This document shows, one piece after another, positions 12,425-25,722 of a DNA stretch of 64,000 bases. Each line of letters opens with the position of its first letter. The first letter of the stretch is position 1. This DNA comes from Octopus sinensis. Lineage: Eukaryota. The notes under the pieces were generated by a model, which had not been told where the DNA came from, made no database searches, and saw nothing but the letters and a program-made list of their open reading frames with translations. The stretch covers positions 2,294,001 through 2,358,000 of the forward strand of contig NC_042999.1 of NCBI RefSeq assembly GCF_006345805.1, read 5' to 3'. A program made the translations under genes and the position numbers.

Positions 12425-12984
12425 GTAGTTACAGATTCTATAGCAAAAGCCAAATGAAAGCATTTTGTATTTCACAAGAAATATATTGGATTTACAACGT
12501 AGTTGATTATATAAGAAAATATTTCCCCATGTATTGTCAGACAAATTATATTCATTAAAGTAACACTGTGATATGAGAGCGCACAAGAAAAAGGAGATTG
12601 AGAGATAAAACCTAGTTTATATCTAAGCAACTTCAATATTTTAACAAGACTAGAAAGCTTAATACAATTTAATGGGTTTGAATGTCAAATATAATATAGT
12701 TAGAAATATTTATGCAAATCACCATTTGTCATTCGAGCCTTATTCCAATGGATGTCAATTATATAAACTAGGAATAAAAGAATTAGAGAATACATGCCAG
12801 GATTTTACTCTTAGAATTACGGGATCTATGAATATGTCTATAATTAATGGGTACAGGATAAAAGTAACTCTGTCATTTACAAAGCCAGCGTTGCTTCCTC
12901 TAGGGATTTATGGTGTAATAAAGGGTAACATTAGGAATTGTTGCCTGATTTGTGCTTTATTTTTCTGGAATGTAGATTTAGAAG

Positions 12985-13387
12985 CACCATTCAAACGTGA
13001 TTGTTGCCAGGGCCGCTGACAGGTTCCTGTGCTGGTGGCACATAAAAAAGGGAACCTTTTGAGCGTGGTCATTGCCAATGCTGCCAGACTGACTCTTGTA
13101 CAGGTGGCATGTGAAAAGCACCATTTGAGCCCGACCGATGTGATGCCAGTACCAACAGACTGGCCCTCGTGTCGGTGGCATGTATAAGCATCCACTACAC
13201 TTTTGGAGTGGTTGGCATTAGGAAGGGCATCCAGCTGCAGAAACTTTGCCTGATCAGATTGGAGGCTGGTGCAGAACCTTCTGGCTCACCAGTCCTCAGT
13301 CAAACCGTCCAACCCATGCTAGCATGGAAAGTGGACATTAAAAGATTAGCATGGAAAGTGGACATTAAAAGATGATGATGATGATGA
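12985..13387 (+). mobile_element. RTE 3'UTR fragment with (GAT)n tail
   Basis: Same family; carries a short tandem duplication agcatggaaagtggacattaaaagat near the 3' end. Confidence 0.8.
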
Positions 13388-13956
13388 GGACTACAGCCCT
13401 TTTAAGTTATGTATAGTTGTTTAAAGCTGGAAGTTCTTATGGTCAACATAAAATATGGACATGTTAAATTATAGCCATCCTCCGACAAAAGAAAGGATTC
13501 TAGTAACTGGTGTCACTGAAAAGCGGGAAGATATGTATGAAATTTTCTGCAAATGCTAAACACAGCAATAAGCTTTATTTTACAAAATAATAACAGGACT
13601 ATTTCAGTTGACTCAATAACTGTAATTTGCAACAACCAGATATTTTATTGAATATCAAACATTCACAATAAGAAGCCAGCTCAGTTGATTCCAATAGCAA
13701 GATTCATCTGTTTACTTCCTGTTTAATATTTACCGTTCTGGTCGAACCCCAGTCAAAATTTTTACCAGAATGTTGTCCCTCTTTACCTCCTGACTTCAAA
13801 TTTTACCGATGTTGATAAAATAAGTACCAGTTGAGCACGGGGGTCATTGTTATTGACTTCACCATTTCTTCAGAATTGTTGGGCTGTGCTAGAATATGAA
13901 ACCAATATTTACAGTTCTGTTTCCACCTGATATCTAGAATAACATGCGACTTTTGC

Positions 13957-14400
13957 CTGCTTGCTTCCCAACCACATGGTTCTAGGTTCAGTCCCACTGT
14001 GTGGCACCTTGGACAAGTGTCTTCTACTATAGCCTCAGGCCAACCAAAGCCTTGTAAGTGGATTTGGTAGACAGAAACTGAAAGAAGCCCGTCGTATATA
14101 TGTGTATGTGTATGTAATATATATATATATATATATATGTATAAATGTATGTATGTATGTATGTATGTATGTTGTATGTACTTATGTATGTATATGTTTG
14201 TGTGTCTGTGTCTGTCAGCCCAACATCGCTTGACAACTGATGCCGGTGTGTTTATGTCCCTGTAACTTAGTGGTTCAGCAAAAGAGATCAATAGAATAAG
14301 TACTAGGCTTACAAAGAATAAGTCCTGGGGTTGATTTGCTCGACTAAAGGCTGTGCTCCAGCATGGTCGCAGTCAAATGACTGAAACAAGTAAAAGAGTA
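13957..14400 (+). mobile_element. SINE family A with internal microsatellite
   Basis: Both halves present around a (TA)/(TATG) tract; tail gtaaaagagta. Confidence 0.85.
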
Positions 14401-14424
14401 TACTATAGATAATTACTAGTCATA

Positions 14425-14687
14425 CCTATTCTAGGCGTATATGTATATATATATATACCGGAGTAAACACATAAATGTGAAACAAGGTGGAAAAAAGAGT
14501 ACTCAAATACCAGTGGTAGGAGTAATATGCTATATTTAAAGCAGCAGAAAATTCAACAAAACCTGTTACTCTGAGTTTCACATTGCCGTTCATCGGACAG
14601 TTTTTGCTAGATTCTAGCAAAAACTGTCTGATGAACGGCAACGTGAAACTCAGAATAACAGGTTTTGTTGAATTTTCTGCTGCTTTA
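14425..14687. mobile_element. Fold-back hammerhead element 3: 75-bp inverted arms (3 mismatches), 1-nt spacer, longer left flank
   Basis: 14537-14611 versus 14613-14687. Confidence 0.8.
14624..14661 (+). ncRNA. Minimal hammerhead ribozyme with cleavage triplet mutated (GTA to ATA)
   Basis: ctgt CTGATGA acg-gcaa-cgt GAAAC tcaga ATA acag; the mirror copy at 14563-14600 (-) keeps GTA but has CCGATGA. Confidence 0.7.
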
Positions 14688-14949
14688 TGATGATGATGAT
14701 GATGATGATGATATATACATGAGTGTGTATATATATATATATGAGTGTGTGAGTGAGTGTATTTTTCTTCATTGACATGCTAAACAGATAAAGTGCAAAA
14801 TCTATTCGAAATATTTATTAAATGTTATCTTTGTTACTGAACGCTGGTGATTTTAAATATAAAATTGATTCACTTATTATCAAAGAGATTGTCTGAAGAT
14901 AACGGCTTCTTTTTGCTGGCGTGAAACTTGTAAAAGTCAACTTCAATTT

Positions 14950-15290
14950 CATCATCATCATCGTCATCATCATTATTCTCGTCATCATTTAACATTTGTT
15001 TTCCATGCTGGTTGCACAGTTTGACTGGAGCTGGCAAACTGGGGAACTGCACCAGGCTCCATTTGCCTGTTTTGGCATGGTCTCTAATGAGGGATGCCCT
15101 TCTTAATGCCAACCACTTTACAGAGTGTATTGAGTGCCTTTTATATGAAGCTTGCAGAGGAGCTTTTTACGAGCTGCAAAAACATGAGAGCTTTTTACAT
15201 GGCACCAGCATGGGTGCTTTTAACGTGGAGCCAGCACGAGTGATTTCTATGTAACGCCAGCATGAGTGCCTTTTACGTGATGCTTGTACA
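14950..15290 (-). mobile_element. Diverged RTE 3'UTR fragment
   Basis: ttccatgctggttgcacag...ggatgcccttcttaatgccaaccact family motifs and repeated ttttac(g/a)tg units. Confidence 0.7.
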
Positions 15291-15309
15291 TACATGAATA
15301 ATAATAATA

Positions 15310-15343
<34 letters not shown>

Positions 15344-15456
15344 TATAATTATAATTATAATAATAATTACAATAATAATAATAGTAATAATAATGAGAAG
15401 AAGAAGAAGAAGAAGAAGAAGAAGAAGAAGAAGAAGAAGAAGAAGAAGAAGAAGAA

Positions 15457-15815
15457 GAATATAATGACCTGGAAACTGAAATACAAAAGAAGTGGCATCT
15501 TAAAGTGAGAACTGTTCCAGTTATCATAGGTGCCCTCGGTATGATAAGAAAGGGATGTCAGAAACATCTAGATAATATCCCAGGAGAAACATGCCTCAGA
15601 GAAATCCAAAAGATTGTGCTGTCAAGTACTGCCCACGTCCTTAGGAAAACCCTATCAATTTAAATGCCTGTGTTGTATTAGATGAAGATATTTCGCTACT
15701 GTCCCTGCCACTTCTCTTCTCCAAGCTTTCAGTCATACTGTAACATCTCTCTTATCCTTAGGACACTAAGTGTGTCTCAGCCAGTTATTGTAACAAACAT
15801 GCAGATTAAAAGTAC
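15457..15815 (+). mobile_element. 5'-truncated Dong/R4-type LINE (restriction-like endonuclease C-terminus plus 3'UTR) in (TAA)n/(GAA)n
   Basis: 15457-15663 translates to EYNDLETEIQKKWHLKVRTVPVIIGALGMI...EIQKIVLSSTAHVLRKTLSI*; followed by (AAT)n. Confidence 0.8.
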
Positions 15816-15861
<46 letters not shown>

Positions 15862-16040
15862 GATGCAAATAAGCCAGCTAGCTAGCTAGCAAGATAGCAA
15901 GATAGATAGATGGATAGATAGATAGATGGCTTAACTTATTGAAACTTTTCAACAATATTCTTGTTTAAGAATAATAAAACGTATCAATACATATGTGTGT
16001 GTATATATGTGTATGTGTGGAAGAGTATGGGGTATATCTA

Positions 16041-16080
<40 letters not shown>

Positions 16081-16388
16081 TATGCTTCAGTTGTTGGACT
16101 ATGGCCATACTGAAGTGATGTCTTAGAGAGTTTAGGCGAACAAATAGTACACAGTACTTACTGATTTTCTTTACATTTGGCTCATATTCTATTGCTTACG
16201 TAAACAAACAAACACCGGGTGATAAGTGCAGGGGGAACAAACAAAAACAAAGATATATAATCTCACACATATATAAATATATACATACATATATACACAA
16301 CAGACTTCTACACAGTTTCCATCTTGCAAATACTGATCAAAGTACTGATCAGTCTGGGGCTACAGCAAAAAGAAAAAAAAAGACTTGC

Positions 16389-16800
16389 CCATGGCTGTGT
16401 GGTAAGTAGCTTGCTAACCAACCACAAGGTTCCGGGTTCAGTCCCTCTGCATGGCATCTTGCTCAAGTGTCTTCTGCTATAGCCCCGGGCCGACCAATGC
16501 CTTGTGAGTGGATTTGGTAGACGGAAACTGAAAGAAGTCTGTCGTATATATGTATATATATATATATAAGTGTGTGTGTATATGTTTGTGTGTCTGTGTT
16601 TGTCCTCCCCCCCCACCATTGCTTGACAACCGATGCTGGTGTGTTTACGTCCCCATCACTTAGCGGTTCGGCAAAAGAGACCGATAGAATAAGTACTGGG
16701 CTTACAAAGAATAAGTCCCAGGGTCGATTTGCTCGACTAAAGGCGGTGCTCCAGCATGGCTGCAGTCAAATGACTGAAACAAGTAAAAGAGTAAAAGAGA
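16389..16800 (+). mobile_element. SINE family A
   Basis: Two-part structure with internal microsatellite. Confidence 0.9.
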
Positions 16801-18339
16801 GAATGTTTCACACAGCAGGACTGAAACCGAAACCACATGATTGCAATGCGAGCTTCTTACCCAAACAGCCAGACAATAAATGTATAGAGTGTGAAGAAAC
16901 AGAAGTGTGGAAATATTAACCTTTAAACAATGTCTTTAATATGAGAACTAGACGAGTAAAATTTTCCTTCAGAAAATTCTAATCTAAATAAATTTTTGCA
17001 GTTTGTTTCCTTTTTTTTGTTTACTTGTGCTTTTCCATTTTTTTTTTTTCTTTTCTGCTTTTGGTATTTTAGCGAACACTGAAAGGTTTGTTATTTGAAT
17101 CTCTTGTATTTGTAGTTAGAAGGAATAAAATATGCAAAAGACAGACAAAATAAAAAAAGATATTTTTCCAAAATACATTGTTTTTTTTTTTTATTTTTAT
17201 TTTTCCTTGCTTTTCTTTTACCTACCAATTGTAAGGAATTTGTTTTGAAATTTCTTGTTTTTTTTTTTCTTTCATTTATTTCTGTCTATTTTGAGTGAAA
17301 AATACTCACTTAGAATAATATTGTCGCTAAATTAACCCAATAAAGCTAGGCAGAGTGAATTAATTGATTTTGAATAAGTTGAATTGAGTTCGGTCGAAAA
17401 AACACTTTTGGATATTTTTCTTTTTGTTATTATTATAGTTATTTTCATTTTTATTATTGAGATAATATATGGAGAAATATTCTTTCCTTGGTTTGTTGAG
17501 ATGGCAGACTTTAAGAGTTCAATGTTATTCTTGTGGTATTATTTGTGTTAATGGGCGGAATTTTTACTTCTTTTTCCAATGATACATCTTCGTATAGAAT
17601 TATCCGATGAACAATCAATATTTCCTTTATTTTACTTCCTGATAATGGAAATCTATGTGCCAACAAGATGACTTTTAACTGCTATAATATTTTTGCGAAT
17701 TGTTATTCGTGCTCTACGCAAAATAACAGAACTTCTAAGAGAAAATTGACAAAGATAGAACAAAAGCAGCTTCTGGGAACCCCGGGAGGGGGGAAATTCC
17801 TCTTATACATCAAGGAACTCTTTTGCTTGTTTCAGTCACTTAATTGCGGCTATACTGGTGCACCCTTTATGAATGGTAGGTTGATCAAAACGACCCAAGT
17901 TGTTATTTTAAATGTTTATTCGATCGGTCTCTTTTGCTGAACTGTTACATTACGGGGGCATAAACAAACCAACACCTGCTTTCAAGTGGACAAAAATACA
18001 CACAAATAGGCACATGTACATGCACACCCACATATGTGTGTGTGGGTTTATATATGTGTGTGTGTTTATATGTGAGTGTGCATTTATGTGTGTGTTTATA
18101 TGTGTGTGTGTTTATGTGTGTGTGTGTGTCTGTATGTCTGTGTGTGTGTGCATACTAATATCAGTGGGAATGAGTGCTCAAAACCACATTGGTGGATAAG
18201 TATCCTTTATTTGTGGGTGAACAAGCATGCTGAGTATTAATACTTCCATGTAACACGTTTAAGCAATTGTGAGGAGCTTTTTGCATGAAACCATTGGTTT
18301 CCTTGTTAACCCACTAATAAAGTATATATAACATATATA

Positions 18340-18370
<31 letters not shown>

Positions 18371-18454
18371 AGGTTCAGATGCTGAAAGACTGGAAACCCA
18401 TCAAACACCTGTAACATCATTGGTGATGCAACCTATTAACAACAACAACAACAA

Positions 18455-18675
18455 AAGTAATCCTTTCTACTACAGGTAAAGGCCTGAAATTTTTGTAGAG
18501 GGGACTAGTCGATTATATCGACCCCAGTGTTTCACTGATGCTTAATTTATCAAACCCATAAAGATGAGAAGCAAAGTCGACCTTGGCGAGGTTTGAACTC
18601 AGAACGGAGCCACAGGCGAAATACTGTTGAGCATTTTGTCCAGCGTGCTAACGATTCTGCCAGCTCACCACCTTA
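18455..18675 (-). mobile_element. SINE family B variant with alternative tail (...aggccttgtgcctatagtagaaaggatta)
   Basis: Same head and core as B, different 3' tail. Similar copies at ~26940, 45690, 45925, 48013, 48410, 48700, 51015 and 62000. Confidence 0.8.
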
Positions 18676-19264
18676 ACAGCAACAAAAATAATATAAAAAT
18701 AACTCATATCATGGATTAAGAAAGGTCACAGAATTTTCTAGAAATGCTTATTGAATGTCTCCCAAATCATACCGTATTACCTTCAGAAAAGAATAAAAGG
18801 TAAAGACAGAATGGTTTTAGCTAGAAGGCCTTCGATAATAGCTCTGCTTAATCAGAGCCAATGTGCAGCAAAACAGCTACAACAATATGTTTTACATCAT
18901 CACAAGCATTTCACAGAATGAGAAAAAAGTATCCAAAATACAATGTCTGAAGTCTTTTACTTTTTCTGCAATATTCCGTCTGTCTCTGCATATGCCATAT
19001 AACTTCTTTTTAAATAACAGCAAATACAACAGCATATAACAAAAGTTAGTATATATAAAAGTTACGCAGTACAAAATTTACACAGTATAAAAGTTACAGT
19101 ATGCAAAAGTTACAATACGCGAAGATTACAATAGTAATACACAAGTTACAAAACATTTTTTTCTTAGTTCCAGAAATGTGCATTAAAAGCTGTCTATGCT
19201 GTAAAGCAGAGATGTTAGATTTTTGTTTTACTGTGTCATGTTCACATTATTATTATTATTATTA

Positions 19265-19295
<31 letters not shown>

Positions 19296-19341
19296 CATTA
19301 TTATTATTATTATCATTATTATTATCATTATTATTATTATT

Positions 19342-19898
19342 GAGTGAGAGAGCAGTGCATGCTATCAAAGTGACACTGGGGTAAAATATACGAAGCCCAG
19401 TATACCCATCATGACTACCCGACTGATAAGGGTACACCAGGCACATACATCACAACCATATGTGCGCGACATGGTGATCTCATATCAAGATAAACAGCAC
19501 ATGACCTTGCAGGTGGGGCCCAGTTAGAATTTTCTTCAGGTTGTGTAGCCCATCCCACTCAAAAGGTCCCTGATTAAGGGTTGTTTAAGGATGTTGAAAG
19601 AACCACCCCTGTTTCCAGAGGTGAATTATCCAAACCCTAATGAATTCCTCCTAACACATGGCTATGATGCTCCCCCACTACTTCTGCTCGTGATCAGAGA
19701 TGCACATATCGTCAGCCACGAAGGGACATGCTCAACTGGTTAAGGTCAAACAACTGACAAGCAAATCTGTGGTATTGAGCAGAATATTTGTTGTAGCTCA
19801 TCTTTTATACCAAGACAAAACAATGTACATGATAACACTTCCAATCAGTTAAGATCAGAAGCCATGAGAGCCACTACCTGGTACTGCATCAGGGCATT
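19342..19898 (-). mobile_element. 557-bp non-coding element embedded in (TAA)n, copy 1
   Basis: Nearly identical to 20010-20565; partial copies at 25298-25659 and 27213-27547. Strand inferred from TAA orientation. Confidence 0.75.
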
Positions 19899-20009
19899 TA
19901 TTATTATTATTATTATTATTATTATATTATTATTATTATATTATTATTATTATTTATTATTATCATTATTATTATTATTATCATTATTATTATCATTATT
20001 ATTATTATT

Positions 20010-20562
20010 GAGTGAGAGAGCAGTGCATGCTATCAAAGTGACACTGGGGTAAAATATACGAAGCCCAGTATACCCATCATGACTACCCGACTGATAAGGG
20101 TACACCAGGCACATACATCACAACCATATGTGCGCGACATGGTGATCTCATATCAAGATAAACAGCACATGACCTTGCAGGTGGGGCCCAGTTAGAATTT
20201 TCTTCAGGTTGTGTAGCCATCCCACTCAAAAGGTCCCTGATTAAGGGTTGTTTAAGGATGTTGAAAGAACCACCCCTGTTTCCAGAGGTGAATTATCCAA
20301 ACCCTAATGAATTCCTCCTAACACATGGCTATGATGCTCCCCCACTACTTCTGCTCGTGATCAGAGATGCACATATCGTCAGCCACGAAGGGACATGCTC
20401 AACTGGTTAAGGTCAAACAACTGACAAGCAAATCTGTGGTATTGAGCAGAATATTTGTTGTAGCTCATCTTTTATACCAAGACAAAACAATGTACATGAT
20501 AACACTTCCAATCAGTTAAGATCAGAAGCCATGAGAGCCACTACCTGGTACTGCATCAGGGC

Positions 20563-20565
<3 letters not shown>
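20010..20565 (-). mobile_element. 557-bp TAA-embedded element, copy 2
   Basis: Differs from copy 1 by a 1-nt indel as read by eye. Confidence 0.75.
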
Positions 20566-20637
<72 letters not shown>

Positions 20638-20654
20638 CATTATTATTATTATTA

Positions 20655-20714
<60 letters not shown>

Positions 20715-20737
20715 CATTATTATTATTATTATTATTA

Positions 20738-22129
20738 CTTTTTTTTCTTCTTTCAAATTTGCTTCCATTTCTTGCCAAGTGTCTTCCTGACTCCTAGGGC
20801 AAAGAAACTCATAGTATACATTGGTAGGCCATTAAACCAAACTCAGTAGTTCGTTCATCTGATGCTCATGTCGATCAATAAGCAAACTTTATTGTTTTGG
20901 TCTTTCACAACAATATCTGGTTTATTGGCCTTGATGGTTCGGTCCGTATGTACTGGAAAGTCCCACAGAATGGTTACATTTTCTCCTTCAGTTACAGCCT
21001 CAGGGTGGTGATTATACCACTTGTCGGCAGTTTCGATATTGTAATGCTGACTTATTAGCCAGTAGAGATATTGGCCAACTCTGTCATGTCTTAATTTATA
21101 CTCCACTGGTGCTAAGACTTTACATCCAGAGATTAGGTGGTCCACTGTTTCAATCATGTCGTTGCAGAATCGGCATTTTGGGTCTGCTCCATTTTTCATC
21201 ACATTGGCCTGGTAGTTCCGGGTTAATAGGCTTTGATCTTGAGCAGCCAGGATGAAACCTTTGCTCTCTGCTTTTAGCCCTGAGCTCCGTAGCCACTGAT
21301 GGGTTTGCTTCTGGTCAACATCAGCTTGTTTGCTGCGGGTCACATATTTGCCGTGCAGAGGTTTCTCCTCCCACCTATCAGCCAATTGCTCGTGCGCTTT
21401 TTTCATTGCCATCATTTTCACCTTTGCAACAATAGTTGCCGTACTTCCCTCGGGTTGTTCAGTTTGGGTATCCTGCACGAGATCAATAGCAAATTTTTTG
21501 CTTTCCTTTATGATAGAATGAAGCTTCTTTCGTCTCTCGTGATTTTCCACGAGCTTTAGCATTCAGTCATTCGATATTTCGAGATATTTGGCCAGTCCAA
21601 TTGTGGTTGTTTTGTAAGCTAGTTCAAATTGGATCAGGCCTCGACCTCCTTGGTCTCTGGGAAGGTAAAGGCGATCTACGTCTGCCTTTGGGTGGTGCAT
21701 CCTATTACAACTCAGCAGCTTGCGTATTTTCCTATCTATATTTTTTACTTCAATCATATTCCAGTTCAACACATTGTAGCTATAAGTAACAACTGGAACT
21801 GCTAAGGAATTTATAGCTAACACCTTGTTACGTGCATTTAGTTCAGATTTCAGGACTGCACGAACTCTCCTATAACATTCCTTCCTGATTTTCTCTTTCA
21901 TGCTTGCATGCTGAATACCAGAGCCTTCATTTATCCCTAAATATTTGTATGTTTGTTCTTGCTCAAGCTCTCTTATGACTGTGTCAACATCTAACACGAC
22001 TGAATTTGTGGTCTTCACTTTCCCTTTCTGGAAAGTGGCCTTGGCACACTTCTCAAGTCCAAACTCCATCCCGATGTCATCGCTGAATGCTTTCAGGGTG
22101 CGCAATAGGCCTTCAAGTTCATTATTGTC

Positions 22130-22133
<4 letters not shown>
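20738..22133 (-). mobile_element. 5'-truncated Dong/R4-type non-LTR retrotransposon (RT C-terminus, CCHC finger, start of endonuclease, 3'UTR)
   Basis: FSDDIGMEFGLEKCA, YKYLG, LYLPRDQGGRGL, AAQDQSLLT, CRFC...ETVDHLISGC, ANKPDIVVKD, LIDMS. One premature TGA at 21563-21565; TAA repeats on both sides. Confidence 0.92.
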
Positions 22134-22163
<30 letters not shown>

Positions 22164-22177
22164 CATCATTATTATTA

Positions 22178-22212
<35 letters not shown>

Positions 22213-22239
22213 TTATTATTATTATTATTATTATTATTG

Positions 22240-22689
22240 GTGGTGGTACTCCAGTGATGTGGCTTTAGTGAAAGAGGTAGTATGGTAGACCTGTTTAAAA
22301 ACAGAAGCTTTCCTCTTTTGCCAAGCCCTCAACAACTTTTTCAAGTTTCACTTGAAAAAGGAGGTGAGGGTGGAGAAGGAAGTGTTGCCTTGTAGCAAGT
22401 TTGTTGAAAGGTGGGTGAATGTTGGAAGAATGGCCAGTGTGAAAGGACCAATTCTGAGTGTGCACCTGTAAACAAAAGGAGAAGGGCTGTTGTCCTATTG
22501 TTCAGTCACCTGTGGCTTTTGTGAATTTTTACCATGAGGTCCTTAAAGCTTCTCCCCTATTGGGAGTTTTAAATTGTTTAATCTTTAATTGTTATTTCTA
22601 GTGTTTACACATTGTAAAAAAACCACTGTATCATCCTGTTTTTGTCTTTTAATGTTTTGTATGTGAGCCCTTGTGGCCAATAAAAGAAT

Positions 22690-22690
<1 letters not shown>
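22240..22690 (+). mobile_element. 3' end of a probable Tx1/L1-clade LINE with UTR and (ATT)n tail
   Basis: 22268-22471 reads VKEVVW*...NNFFKFHLKKEVRVEKEVL...FVERWVNVGRMA...*; ends agcccttgtggccaataaaagaatt(att)n. Clade assigned from memory of motifs. Confidence 0.5.
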
Positions 22691-22920
<230 letters not shown>

Positions 22921-23073
22921 CTGAGTGTGCATGCATGTGACAGTGTGTGTGTGTGTAACATTTTAATTTTGACAGTATATTTTATGTCATGTTTTCAAGT
23001 TGTTAAAGACAATAATGGTGATTCTAGTTTTGAACTATATTGTTCTTGTCGTTATTGCAGACTATTTTAATGG

Positions 23074-23227
23074 AGAGGCTGTGTGGTAAATAGCTTGCTT
23101 GCCAACCACATGTTTCTGGGTTCAGTCCCCACTACGTGGTACCTTGGGCAGGTGTCTTCTACTATAGCATCGGGCTGACCAAAACCTTGTGAGTGGATTT
23201 GGTTGATGGAAACTGAAAGAAGCCTGT

Positions 23228-23274
<47 letters not shown>

Positions 23275-23517
23275 TTGTGTGTGTGTGTGTATATGTTTGT
23301 GTGTCTGTGTTTATCTCCCTCCCACACCATCGTTTGCCAACTGATGTTAGTGTGTTTACATCCCCGTAACTTTGCCGTTCAGCAAAAGAGACTGAGAGAA
23401 TAAATACTAGGCTTACAAAGAATAAGTCCTTAGGTTGATTTACTCGACTAAAGGTGATGCTTCAACATGGCTACAGCCAAATGACTGAAACAAATACAAG
23501 AATGAAAGAATAAAAGA
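23074..23517 (+). mobile_element. SINE family A (diverged)
   Basis: Two-part structure. Confidence 0.85.
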
Positions 23518-24792
23518 GTGCAAATGTGATAAGACGGTGAGCCTTGCAGAATGTTAGGATGTTGGACAAAATGCTTAGTGGTATTTCTTTTGGTGCTTTA
23601 CATTCCGAGTTCAAACCACATCAAGGCCAACTTTATATTTTATCCATATAGAGTCGATAAAATAAAGCACCAGTCAAGTACAAGGGTCAATGTAATCAAC
23701 TTGGCCCCCTCCTCTCAAATTACTGATCCTGAACTCAGCAATGGGTCGATGTCCCATTCAGGGGTCAATGTTGAGATCTCGGTCTCTTATACACCATGAA
23801 AACCTAGTAACCAGTTACCACGAGTTCTAAACCTAGTGAAAAATATATTTTAAAAAGAGAAATTTTTTTCAGTGTGTGCCAAATGCATACGTTTTGACCA
23901 GTATTCTGTAAACCATATACTTTCTGGTATATATTCTTAGGTTATCTTGTACATTTAATACTTTAAGTACTTTAAATAAAGATTTTGGTTGTAATTTCTT
24001 GCAGATCGACTGGTCATTATAAAGCGTCCTTACTATCTTACGACTCAAAACACTCTGAACAGGTGATTTCAGAACGCTGATTATTTAATAACCTGTTTAA
24101 AGTCTTACATTCAATATACAGGTATAACAAATGCGATTATAAACCGATTGGCAGCGACATTAAAAAAGCAGGCTTCAAATTAGAAATTCACAACACAAGG
24201 CACATTGGCCCCATGACAACAGGTATTTTTTTTGATCAGGCAACTATGTTGCACTAATGATAATCATCTCAGCGGCTGAGATCAGTAACTAGCAGATGAC
24301 AACGGTTCAGCATATATTTACGTCAACTGCTATAAAGCATGCACCGTTTATTTATGTAAACTGCCATCACTGCGAGTGATGTAATTCAATGAAACTGGCA
24401 TGGCTGGATGTGACTGAAAAATTCCATGAAGGACCATAAAAATTTGCTGAACGTGTATGAATTTGATAGGAAGTTATTATGGAAATGGTGAAATAACTAC
24501 TAAAACTGCTGCCTTTATATTATTATGGCAATGAAGTCTTGAACTGAGTTGGAAATATTTACATGAAGAATCTAACAAACCGATCAGATTCATTGAAATT
24601 TGCACGGTGGCCTTTGCTATTGATTCCATGAGTGATAGCAGATATTTATATCAACCGTTATACAAACAGGTACAAAACCACAGCAGATAGGGCTGCGTAT
24701 ATTTTTGTCATTTGATTCAAAGCGAGTACACAGTGCATGTAAATTTATGTCAACCAATGTAATGGAGTTAATATAATAAACATATGCATATA

Positions 24793-25200
24793 GGCGCAGG
24801 AGTGGCTGTGTGGTAAGTAGCTTGCTTACCAACCACATGGTCCCGGGTTCAGTCCCACTGCATGGCACCTTGGGCAAGTGTCTTCTGCTATAGCCCCAGG
24901 CCGACCAAAGCCTTGTGAGTGGATTTGGTAGACAGAAACTGAAAGAAGCCCGTTGTATATATGTATATATATATATGTGTGCGTGTATGTTTGTGTGTCT
25001 GTGTTTGTCCCCCTAGCATTGCTTGACAACCGATGCTGGTGTGTTTATGTCCCTGTCACTTAGCAGTTCGGCAAAAGAGACCGATAGAATAAGTACTAGG
25101 CTTACAAAGAATAAGTCCCGGGGTCGAGTTGCTCGATTAAAGGTGGTGCTCCAGCATGGCCGCAGTCAAATGACTGAAACAAGTAAAAGAGTAAAAGAGT
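24793..25200 (+). mobile_element. SINE family A, full length
   Basis: ggcgcaggagtggctgtgtgg head, ggttcagtccc B-box-like motif, internal (TA)/(TG) tract, gtaaaagagtaaaagagt tail. Confidence 0.92.
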
Positions 25201-25297
25201 ATACCATCGTCACCAACCATCCCATCAGATTGTATACCTCAATTACAACAACTACAACACTTTAAACTCTCTCATAAGGACCCTTATTGGGAAAGAG

Positions 25298-25659
25298 AGT
25301 GACTTAGAATTTTCTTTAGGCTGAGTAACCCATCCTTTTCAAAAGGTCTCTGAGTAAGGATGTTAAACGAAACATCTGTGTTTCCAGAGGTGAATCATTC
25401 AAACCCTAAAGAATTTCTCTCAACACCTGATGCTCCCCCACTACTTCTGCTCGTGATCAGAGATGCACATATCGTCAGCCACTAAGGGACATGCTCAACT
25501 GGTTAAGGTCAAACAACTGACAAGCAAATCTGTGGTATGGAGCAGAATATTTACTGGAGCCCATCTTTTTCTATTATACCAAGACAAGACATTGATACAA
25601 TGACACTTCCAACCTGTTAAGATGAGAAGCTATGAGAGCCACTGCTTGGTACTGCATTA
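25298..25659 (-). mobile_element. Partial, diverged copy of the 557-bp TAA-embedded element
   Basis: Homologous to ~19525-19890; abuts (TTA)n. Confidence 0.8.
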
Positions 25660-25671
25660 TTATTATTATTA

Positions 25672-25715
<44 letters not shown>

Positions 25716-25722
<7 letters not shown>

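Noticed and set aside
17515-17560. BIR-like peptide RVQCYSCG
   Set aside because: It is a short match bounded by stop codons, and the remaining BIR zinc ligands are absent.
19660-19770. HDV-like ribozyme in the 557-bp element (minus strand ttgtca...gtc ccttcgt ggc tgacga)
   Set aside because: P1 and P3 can be drawn, but the GG for P1.1 and the 3' strand of P2 are missing.
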